DNA from: Flavobacteriaceae bacterium
Lineage (GTDB): Bacteria > Bacteroidota > Bacteroidia > Flavobacteriales > Flavobacteriaceae
DNA: 64,000 bases
NCBI GenBank assembly: GCA_035302145.1
Contig: DATGSX010000159.1
Coordinates: 8,478 to 72,477, forward strand
Reading direction: 5' to 3'
Below, in pieces: positions 56,806 through 64,000 of the stretch. The notes beneath the pieces are model-generated. The model was not told the DNA's origin. It did no database searches and was given only the letters and a program-made list of their open reading frames with translations. A program made the position numbers and the translations under genes. The stretch's first letter is position 1. Every line of letters starts with the position of its first letter.

Positions 56806-56831
56806 TTTTAAAAGCTTTATTAAACTAATTA

Positions 56832-57104
56832 TTAGTTTACAGCATCTTTTAGTCCAGATCCTGGTCTAAATCTCACTACATTTTTTGCAGCGATTTGAAT
56901 AGTTTTACCAGTTTGAGGGTTTCTACCTTCTCTTGCAGCACGGTGTGCCACAGACCAAGAACCAAACCCAACTAAAGATACGCGATCTCCTTTTTTAAGG
57001 GTCTTTTCAACGTTACCTAAAAAGGATTCTAAACTTTTTTTAGCAGCTGCTTTTGTAATTCCAGCATCTTCTGCCATAGCATTGATTAAATCTGATTTGT
57101 TCAT
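56832..57104 (-). CDS. hup: HU family DNA-binding protein
   Basis: 90 aa; MNKSDLINAMAE...GFGSW...R.GRNPQTG is typical HU. Confidence 0.93.
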   Translation of the reverse strand: MNKSDLINAMAEDAGITKAAAKKSLESFLGNVEKTLKKGDRVSLVGFGSWSVAHRAAREGRNPQTGKTIQIAAKNVVRFRPGSGLKDAVN

Positions 57105-57278
57105 AATACAGTTTTTATTATTTAAGCGTTATAAAATTGCATATACAAATATAGATTTATTATTTAATCATGCAAGTAAAAAGCGAACAAATCCTTTGAT
57201 AGTGGTGTAAAGAAGCCATTTTCACATTCTTTTTCACTCAAAAAGCAGGGTGATTCTAATTATTAAAAACAAAATGTA

Positions 57279-58226
57279 TTAACACATTCTTGCATTTTTA
57301 GAAAAAGTGTACCCATTGCAAATGTCAAGAATTGGCATTTTTCGCCTTCCTGGCATTTGCATTTCTAAGATGTTTATGTAGCCTTTTGATACAGCGACTT
57401 TCAGTTCTTTTTTGTTAGCAATAATGGTTCCTATTTCATTATCGTGTGGTGCTTCTTCAAATAAAGCAAAGTAAATTTTCACCTTTTTACGTTCACCATC
57501 TTCCTCCAATTCTGTCCAAGCCGATGGGTAAGGTGACATTCCACGTATATGTCGTTCTATTTCATGTCCATCTTTAGACCAATCAATTCGCATGTTTTCG
57601 GAAGTAAGCTTCGGTGCATAGGTAATTCCCTCTACATCTTTTTGCTTCTTTGGTTTAATTTCATTGGCAGCTAGTTTTTTTATGGTGGTTATCACTAGTT
57701 TTTTTCCTTTGTCAAGTAGTTTATCATGCAAGGTTCCAGCTGTTTCTTCTGGGGTAATAGTAACTTTCTCGGATAATAGAATTTCCCCTGTGTCGATTTT
57801 TTCATCTAATAAAAAGGTTGTGACACCTGATTCTTTTTCACCTTCTATTATTGCCCAATTAATCGGCGCTGCACCTCTATATTTTGGTAGTAAGGAAGCG
57901 TGTAAATTAAAAGTGCCCATCGGTGGCATTGCCCAAACCGCTTTCGGGAGTAAACGGAACGCTACTACGACAAATAAATCCGCCTTAAAGGCTTTTAGTG
58001 AGTCTAAAAAGTCTTTGTCTTTTAGATTTTCTGGTTGTAGTATTGGTAAATCTTGTTTTACTGCATATTCTTTAACTGCCGATCCACGTAGTTTTCTACC
58101 ACGTCCTGCAGGCCTATCGGGTGTGGTTACTACAGCCACCACGTTTAATTCGTTATCTACTATTTCTTTAAGGCAACCAACCGCAAAGTCTGGTGTACCC
58201 ATAAATACAATTCTCAAGTCTTTCAT
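57279..58226 (-). CDS. fmt: Methionyl-tRNA formyltransferase
   Basis: 315 aa with the HASLLPKYRGAAPI motif. Has a 4-nt start/stop overlap with the upstream recQ-like gene. Confidence 0.93.
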   Translation of the reverse strand: MKDLRIVFMGTPDFAVGCLKEIVDNELNVVAVVTTPDRPAGRGRKLRGSAVKEYAVKQDLPILQPENLKDKDFLDSLKAFKADLFVVVAFRLLPKAVWAMPPMGTFNLHASLLPKYRGAAPINWAIIEGEKESGVTTFLLDEKIDTGEILLSEKVTITPEETAGTLHDKLLDKGKKLVITTIKKLAANEIKPKKQKDVEGITYAPKLTSENMRIDWSKDGHEIERHIRGMSPYPSAWTELEEDGERKKVKIYFALFEEAPHDNEIGTIIANKKELKVAVSKGYINILEMQMPGRRKMPILDICNGYTFSKNARMC

Positions 58227-60127
58227 AATTCGTATAATCGGTATTTATTGTATTGGTATATTGTTACTTTCTTCCTGGTCAGCATAGTGCGTAGCAATGC
58301 AATAGTTTTATTAACTGGAAGATTTATTTGCTGAGCAATGCTTTTTGCCTCTAATGGTCCCATTTCTTTAAGGACTTTTAAAATAGCGGCTTCATTTGCA
58401 TTCTCTTTATTTTTCGTTGTGTTTTTATCTTGTCTACATACAGAGCAGATATTGCAATTTTCTTGCATATCCTCACCAAAATAAGCCAAAAGTTGTCGGC
58501 TTTTACAAAGTGAATCATTGATTACAAAATCGATACTCTGCTTTATTTTTCTAATAGTATTTTTATTTAATTGGTCTACCTCTTTTCCTAAACGGTTTAA
58601 AGTTCTATCATCTTCTCTAGGCACCAAGAAATGGAGTTGAATATCCGATTCAAATAAGTCTAGATCGATAATTTCATCTTGGTCCATTTTTTTAATAGCC
58701 TGCAATACCATGTCAACACTTCGTTCTGCTCTTGTTGCAACGGTTTCGACCGATATTCTTGTGGGTACTTCAAAAATACCTCCATAAAGGCGAAGTATGT
58801 TTTGCCCGATGTGAGCTAATTCTCTATTTTGATCAAAGTAATCTAATAAAACTTGCGATGGAGCTAAGAATTGTAAAATACATTTCCTTCCGTATACTTG
58901 ATTTAGCTGGATAATGCCAATTCTATCCAAGGACCTTAACGCGTTGTGTGTTTTGGTTAAAGGTAGTTCGTATCGATCGCAGAAGTTGGCGAAACTAAAG
59001 TCATGTGTAGTAAGATCGCCTTCGCCATAACTTATCTGAAAATATGTATTTAGCTTCCTATAAATTTTTTTAAGGAAAGCTAAATCTGCTAAGTTTCTAG
59101 TGTACTGATGTAGTGTTCTAGTAGGATCATAGTCATCATAAAGCAATATAGCTCTTGCTGGCTTGCCATCTCTTCCTGCTCTTCCTGCTTCTTGAAAATA
59201 ACTTTCTATGCTTTCTGGTATTTGTAAATGAATAACATGACGCACATTGGCCTTGTCTATGCCCATTCCAAAAGCATTGGTAGCCACCATAACAGGGGTT
59301 TCTTCGTTTAACCAGCTATGTAAGCGTTTATTTTTCTCTTCCGTATTTAATCCCCCATGATAAAAAGTGCTTTTTATCCCTAGGCTATTTAAGTGTTTGC
59401 TGTGTGAAGCGGTTCCTTTTCTACTGCGTATATATAGGATAGCTGGTCCTGGCTTAGATTGGATAATCTGTTGAATAGCTTTTAGCTTATCGGATACAGA
59501 GTAGGTTTCGTAAGATAAATTTGGTCTGTAAAATGAAGTTTGTACTAGCTCCGGATTTTTCATTTCCAATAGTTGCATAGTGTCTTCTACCACCTTAGGG
59601 GTAGCTGTTGCAGTAAGCGCAATAAAAGGAACATTGCCGATAAGATTTCTAATTTCGGGAATTTTATTGTAGGAAGGTCTAAAGTCATTTCCCCATTGTG
59701 AGATGCAGTGTGCTTCATCTATAGCAACAAGAGAAACAGGAAGGTTCCTTATAGTTTCTTGCACCAATTCATTCTGAAGTCGTTCTGGCGATAGATATAG
59801 AAACTTATATTCACCATACAAAGCGTTATCTAATAGTCGGCGTAGTTCCATTATTCCAAGGTTTCCACCTAGGTGTAGTGCTTTTATACCTTTGTTGTTT
59901 AGTGCCAGCACTTGGTCCTCCATTAGTGCTATTAAGGGGGATATAACAATACAGATTCCTGGTTTAAGTAGAGCTGGAACTTGAAAGCAAATAGATTTCC
60001 CACCACCTGTTGGCAGTAGTACCATGGTGTCTATATCATGTAAAATATTGGTGATAGCCTGTTCTTGTCCTTCTCGAAAAGATGTATGACCCCAATATTT
60101 CAATAAAACACTTTGGGCTGTTTCCAA
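58223..60127 (-). CDS. RecQ family ATP-dependent DNA helicase (short form, no obvious HRDC domain)
   Basis: 634 aa. Walker A PTGGGKS, the DEAH box in DEAHCISQWGNDFRPSY, and a Cys-rich CNICSVC region near the C-terminus. Confidence 0.9.
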   Translation of the reverse strand: METAQSVLLKYWGHTSFREGQEQAITNILHDIDTMVLLPTGGGKSICFQVPALLKPGICIVISPLIALMEDQVLALNNKGIKALHLGGNLGIMELRRLLDNALYGEYKFLYLSPERLQNELVQETIRNLPVSLVAIDEAHCISQWGNDFRPSYNKIPEIRNLIGNVPFIALTATATPKVVEDTMQLLEMKNPELVQTSFYRPNLSYETYSVSDKLKAIQQIIQSKPGPAILYIRSRKGTASHSKHLNSLGIKSTFYHGGLNTEEKNKRLHSWLNEETPVMVATNAFGMGIDKANVRHVIHLQIPESIESYFQEAGRAGRDGKPARAILLYDDYDPTRTLHQYTRNLADLAFLKKIYRKLNTYFQISYGEGDLTTHDFSFANFCDRYELPLTKTHNALRSLDRIGIIQLNQVYGRKCILQFLAPSQVLLDYFDQNRELAHIGQNILRLYGGIFEVPTRISVETVATRAERSVDMVLQAIKKMDQDEIIDLDLFESDIQLHFLVPREDDRTLNRLGKEVDQLNKNTIRKIKQSIDFVINDSLCKSRQLLAYFGEDMQENCNICSVCRQDKNTTKNKENANEAAILKVLKEMGPLEAKSIAQQINLPVNKTIALLRTMLTRKKVTIYQYNKYRLYEL

Positions 60128-60129
60128 AA

Positions 60130-60669
60130 TTAAATATTTAAAACCTTTAGGATATACTCCGACCGTTCTCTAGAGCTTCCTTCGGGAACATTGTGGATGT
60201 AATAACCTAAATCTGCATACTTTCTATATAAATATTCATAAATCAACTTTGCCTGCTCGTAAGACTCATAGCGTTCGTTGTCTTTAATGTAAATACTTTG
60301 CCAAGGGGGTAGGAGGAATACCTCATCGTAAATGTGATTTTCACAGGCATCATGAAAGTGTTTCGGATAGTCTGTTTCCAAATAATCCATGTAGGCACTT
60401 ACATCAGGTATTCCACGATCGTAAAATAACTGTGAGCTTTGGTATTTTTCAGCGTCTTTGTATTGCTGAATTCTTCCTTCCAATAGTTTTTCACTAAACA
60501 ATATCGGGTCGGTTAAAAACAACTGATCCACTCCTTGCTTTCTTGCATCTAGGATTATTTGTCTAGATATTTCTGGCATAATATCGTACCCCATTGAGGC
60601 TAACTCTTTAGCAATTGTAGTTTTGCCCGATCCAGGTCCTCCAGAGATTACAATACGTCTTACTTTCAC
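60130..60669 (-). CDS. AAA_28/NadR-like P-loop ATPase
   Basis: 179 aa with Walker A GGPGSGKTT. Confidence 0.75.
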   Translation of the reverse strand: MKVRRIVISGGPGSGKTTIAKELASMGYDIMPEISRQIILDARKQGVDQLFLTDPILFSEKLLEGRIQQYKDAEKYQSSQLFYDRGIPDVSAYMDYLETDYPKHFHDACENHIYDEVFLLPPWQSIYIKDNERYESYEQAKLIYEYLYRKYADLGYYIHNVPEGSSRERSEYILKVLNI

Positions 60670-60758
60670 AGATAAATAAAATAATTGGTGAGATTTACAA
60701 AGTTCGTAAATATAAATTGATACTGAAAGTGTATATTTGTATTCTTTACAAACAAATA

Positions 60759-61076
60759 ATGTTTTCTAGAATGAATGAGAATGCTAATCAGAGTAAAAAA
60801 TCTGAAGAATTCTATAAGAATTTAAAAAACCAATTGGAACAATACACCGAATGGCCTGCACCATATTTATTTAAGTTTATTGTTCCAACCGATAAGAAGA
60901 AAATACAGCAAATACTTGGCTTTTTTGAGGATATACCTAATGCCAAAGCTAAAACAAAAACCTCTTCTAAGGGACAATACACTAGCGTTTCAATTGAAGC
61001 TGTTATGGATTCTGCCAAGGTGGTTATCGAAAAATACCAACAAGTTTCCGTAGTAGAAGGTTTGCTGTCCTTATAA
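60759..61076 (+). CDS. DUF493 (YbeD-like) family protein
   Basis: WPAPYLFKFIVP motif. The start is uncertain: ATG at 60759 or 60771, while the ORF track gives a TTG at 60717. Confidence 0.7.
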   Translation: MFSRMNENANQSKKSEEFYKNLKNQLEQYTEWPAPYLFKFIVPTDKKKIQQILGFFEDIPNAKAKTKTSSKGQYTSVSIEAVMDSAKVVIEKYQQVSVVEGLLSL

Positions 61077-61174
61077 AAAATAGTTATTTTGCATTTTGTA
61101 AGGAATAGTATGGCAAGCAAATGCAAAGTAACCCTCAATAGACTTTCCTGATTTAATTTTTATACCTAATAATT

Positions 61175-61828
61175 TTGACTTTAGAACTCCTAGTAGACGA
61201 TTTAGAATACAATACCGATAGAAATCCTTTGGTTATTCCTGAATATGGACGCCATATTCAAAAGATGATTGAACAAACGGTAGAAATCGAAGATAAAGAA
61301 GAGCGTACAAAGCAAGCAAAAAGTATTATAGCTGTTATGGGGAATCTAAATCCGCACTTGCGCGATGTACCAGATTTTCAGCATAAGCTTTGGCACCAAT
61401 TGTTTATCATGTCTGATTTTAAATTGGATATCGATTCACCATTTCCAAAACCAACCAGAGAATCGGTTTATAAATCTCCAGAACCTTTACCTTATCCACA
61501 AAACTTTCCAAAATACAGGTTTTATGGTAACAATATAAAGCGAATGATCGATGAAGCCGTTAAGTGGGAAGATGGTGAGAAGAAAGAGGCACTGATATTG
61601 ACGATAGCAAATCACATGAAGAAATGCTTCTTAAGCTGGAACAAAGACACGGTAAAAGATGAGGTGATTTTTAAACATTTGCATGAGCTTTCTGGAGGGA
61701 AAATAAACTTGAAAGAGGCAGATGAAGACTTAAGTAGGGCACAAGATTTAGTGCAAAGCCCAAGACGATCGCAGCAAGGTAGACGTTCAAATCGTCCATC
61801 TAGAGGTAGAAGAAGAAGACGTAATTAA
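61175..61828 (+). CDS. DUF4290 family protein with an arginine-rich C-terminal tail
   Basis: 217 aa; LEYNTDRNPLVIPEYGRHIQKMIE. Tail reads SPRRSQQGRRSNRPSRGRRRRRN. TTG start. Lies immediately upstream of murA. Confidence 0.75.
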   Translation: MTLELLVDDLEYNTDRNPLVIPEYGRHIQKMIEQTVEIEDKEERTKQAKSIIAVMGNLNPHLRDVPDFQHKLWHQLFIMSDFKLDIDSPFPKPTRESVYKSPEPLPYPQNFPKYRFYGNNIKRMIDEAVKWEDGEKKEALILTIANHMKKCFLSWNKDTVKDEVIFKHLHELSGGKINLKEADEDLSRAQDLVQSPRRSQQGRRSNRPSRGRRRRRN

Positions 61829-61854
61829 TTAAAAGAGTTAAGTTAGATTATTAC

Positions 61855-63171
61855 ATGGAAGTATTTCAAATAGAAGGAGGGCATAAGTTAAACGGTTCTA
61901 TAACACCACAAGGAGCCAAGAACGAGGCCCTACAAGTTTTGTGTGCTGTTCTGCTAACCGAAGAAGAAGTGATTCTGGAAAATGTACCGGATATTCGTGA
62001 CATAAACAGACAAATAGAGATATTACAGAGCCTAGGTGTAAAGGTAAAGAAACTAGCCAAAGGAAAATTTTCATTTACAGCTAAAGATTTAAACTTAGAC
62101 TATCTACATAGCGAGCAGTTTAAAAAAGATGGTGCTAGCATTCGTGGATCTATAATGATAGTCGGACCTTTGTTAGCCAGATTTGGCCGAGGATTTATTC
62201 CTAGACCAGGTGGCGATAAAATAGGTAGACGACGTATAGATACTCATTTTGAAGGATTTATAAAACTTGGTGCTGCCTTTGAGTATCAAGAACAAGAACA
62301 ATTCTATAAAGTATCTGCACCAGATGGGCTAACCGGTACTTATATGCTATTGGATCAAGCATCGGTTACTGGAACAGCGAATATCATTATGGCTGCGGTT
62401 TTAGCAAAAGGAGTTACAACCATTTATAACGCTGCTTGTGAACCTTATATTCAGCAATTATGTAAAATGTTGAATAGTATGGGCGCAAAGATTACTGGTA
62501 TTAGCTCAAATTTACTTACGATAGAAGGAGTAGAAGAATTAAGTGGATGCACTCATCGAGTACTTCCTGATATGATAGAGATTGGTAGCTGGATAGGAAT
62601 GGCCGCTATGACTCGAAGTGAACTTACAATTAAAGATGTAAGTTGGGATAACTTAGGGGTGATTCCAGAAGTATTTCGAAAGCTGGGAATTAAACTAGAA
62701 CGCCGCGGAGATGACATATATATTCCTGAACAAGAATACTATGAAATTCAGGATTATATAGATGGTTCTATTTTAACTATAGCCGATGCGCCATGGCCTG
62801 GATTCACACCAGATTTATTAAGCATTGTTTTAGTGATTAGTACACAAGCTAGAGGAGAGGTGCTTATACATCAGAAAATGTTCGAAAGCCGTTTGTTTTT
62901 TGTAGATAAATTAATCGATATGGGAGCAAAAATAATTCTTTGCGACCCACACCGCGCAACGGTTATTGGGCACGACTTTAAATCTTCACTTAAGGCAACC
63001 ACCATGGTTTCGCCAGACATTCGCGCAGGGGTTTCTTTATTGATAGCTGCTTTGTCTGCAAAAGGTGTAAGTACTATTCACAATATTGAGCAAATAGATA
63101 GAGGATACGAAGATATTGAATCTAGATTGCAAGCTTTAGGTGCTAAGATAAAGCGCGTAAAATTGAAGTAA
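61855..63171 (+). CDS. murA: UDP-N-acetylglucosamine 1-carboxyvinyltransferase
   Basis: 438 aa with EPSP-synthase-fold MurA sequence (GAKNEALQVLCA...). Confidence 0.95.
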   Translation: MEVFQIEGGHKLNGSITPQGAKNEALQVLCAVLLTEEEVILENVPDIRDINRQIEILQSLGVKVKKLAKGKFSFTAKDLNLDYLHSEQFKKDGASIRGSIMIVGPLLARFGRGFIPRPGGDKIGRRRIDTHFEGFIKLGAAFEYQEQEQFYKVSAPDGLTGTYMLLDQASVTGTANIIMAAVLAKGVTTIYNAACEPYIQQLCKMLNSMGAKITGISSNLLTIEGVEELSGCTHRVLPDMIEIGSWIGMAAMTRSELTIKDVSWDNLGVIPEVFRKLGIKLERRGDDIYIPEQEYYEIQDYIDGSILTIADAPWPGFTPDLLSIVLVISTQARGEVLIHQKMFESRLFFVDKLIDMGAKIILCDPHRATVIGHDFKSSLKATTMVSPDIRAGVSLLIAALSAKGVSTIHNIEQIDRGYEDIESRLQALGAKIKRVKLK

Positions 63172-63187
63172 ATACCTAATTCTGAAT

Positions 63188-63229
63188 AAAAAAATGCTAG
63201 AAACATCTACTTGTTTCTAGCATTTTTTG
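63188..63229. terminator. Bidirectional intrinsic terminator between murA and the convergent membrane-protein gene
   Basis: aaaaaaatgctagaaac-N8-gtttctagcatttttt. Confidence 0.85.
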
Positions 63230-63293
63230 TTTGGTGATGTAAGAAGTGATTTATAATATAAAAAAACTTTTAGGGTAAATGAAAAAGCTATTA

Positions 63294-63947
63294 TTAAATA
63301 TCTTTTTCCATATCTTGAAGTTGTTTGTAGTTTGATTTAAGCCGTTTTAATAAGCGCATGTAAAATATGCGATATAACAATAGCATTACACCTATAAAGA
63401 TAATGGCCGTAATGCTAAATCCTATAAAGAAACTAGTTATAACAGCTTCTGTATTTTCTATATTTAAGGTTGGATTTTGCTCTAAAATAAACTCAAGAAG
63501 CTTTTCTTTATTTCGACTGTAGTGTAGACTTATCAGTACCATGACTATAGCAGAACTTACAATATTCCATATAATGAAAAGGTAAACCGTTTGTCTTGTG
63601 CGTAAAATACTCCGCATAAGTTCTTTAACCGAGTCGGTTATTTTTATTCTAGAGTAGTTGTAGTAGAATAGTCCTATAAAAAATAGAAAAATGACAAAAC
63701 TTAAAATACTACCAATTAGCATTGTCCTTGCTAATCCCATCTCTTTATTAAACTCATGCGATTCTTGAGGAATAATAAAATATAAAGCACCCCAAATAGC
63801 AAACTCTATAAGGCTTATATAAAGAATCCACTTAACTATACTAGAGGATTTCTTGTGAAGCATCTGGTATAATTGTTCGTAGGAGTATTTTGGCAGGTTT
63901 TTATCTGTTTTCTGCCAATGTTTTTTTAGTAAATCTAATTCGTTCAT
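63294..63947 (-). CDS. Hypothetical membrane protein (4 predicted TM helices)
   Basis: 217-aa ORF with a cytoplasmic N-terminal ~35 aa followed by TM helices. Its start lies 5 nt after the stop of a partial upstream ORF. Confidence 0.6.
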   Translation of the reverse strand: MNELDLLKKHWQKTDKNLPKYSYEQLYQMLHKKSSSIVKWILYISLIEFAIWGALYFIIPQESHEFNKEMGLARTMLIGSILSFVIFLFFIGLFYYNYSRIKITDSVKELMRSILRTRQTVYLFIIWNIVSSAIVMVLISLHYSRNKEKLLEFILEQNPTLNIENTEAVITSFFIGFSITAIIFIGVMLLLYRIFYMRLLKRLKSNYKQLQDMEKDI

Positions 63948-63952
63948 ACTGT

Positions 63953-64000
63953 CTATGGGTTCACAATCCTTTTTAACCTATCTCTTATTCTACTCATCCG
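63953..64000 (-). CDS. 3' end of an unidentified CDS running off the window (...RMSRIRDRLKRIVNP*)
   Basis: Open minus-strand frame ending at the TAG at 63955-63953. The basic helix resembles the end of a sigma-70 region 4, but only 15 aa are visible. Confidence 0.3.
   Translation of the reverse strand, partial: RMSRIRDRLKRIVNP

Noticed and set aside
57664-58287. A 207-aa ORF antisense to fmt. Similar cases lie opposite the dsbD-like gene (24395-24934), dnaN (41523-41993) and the PLP enzyme gene (17738-18070).
   Set aside because: These are shadow ORFs opposite well-supported genes. Their translations are low-complexity and show no recognisable motifs.

Overview
AT-rich chromosomal segment that looks like a gliding member of the Bacteroidota, probably Flavobacteriaceae. 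The evidence is gldF/gldG, three proteins with T9SS C-terminal sorting domains, TAnnTTTG-type promoter boxes, several TTG starts, and DUF5686/DUF4290-type genes. About 85-90% of the window is densely packed housekeeping genes: cysN-cysD-cysH sulfate assimilation with an Rrf2 regulator, pcm, smpB, ribBA, lptF/G, lolA-like, ftsK, dgkA, a prx-trx operon, nhaC, lpd, pabB, tilS, a dsbD-like gene, pfkA-gap, comM/yifB, panB, sdaA, dnaK, dnaN, gldFG, phoH, an M42 peptidase, hup, fmt, a recQ-like helicase and murA. I found no rRNA, tRNA, CRISPR array or recognisable riboswitch, and no obvious defence island. Four short stretches look accessory: (1) an S8 peptidase with a T9SS C-terminal domain (28.8-31.3 kb); (2) a four-gene sensory cluster of a small unknown protein, a multi-pass membrane protein, a HisKA_3 kinase and a NarL/LuxR regulator (33.0-35.5 kb); (3) two tandem, recently diverged BspA/DUF285-type leucine-rich-repeat surface proteins that differ in the number of 75-nt repeat units (47.1-50.9 kb); (4) one intact IS1182-family element with long hairpin-forming terminal inverted repeats (55.04-56.81 kb). 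The most interesting non-coding signal is an identical 16-mer with a palindromic core, found at similar distances upstream of both the Rrf2 regulator gene and the DUF2061-cysHDN operon. It is a candidate, so far uncharacterised, sulfur-assimilation operator. All family assignments come from reading motifs in the supplied translations. No database search was possible.
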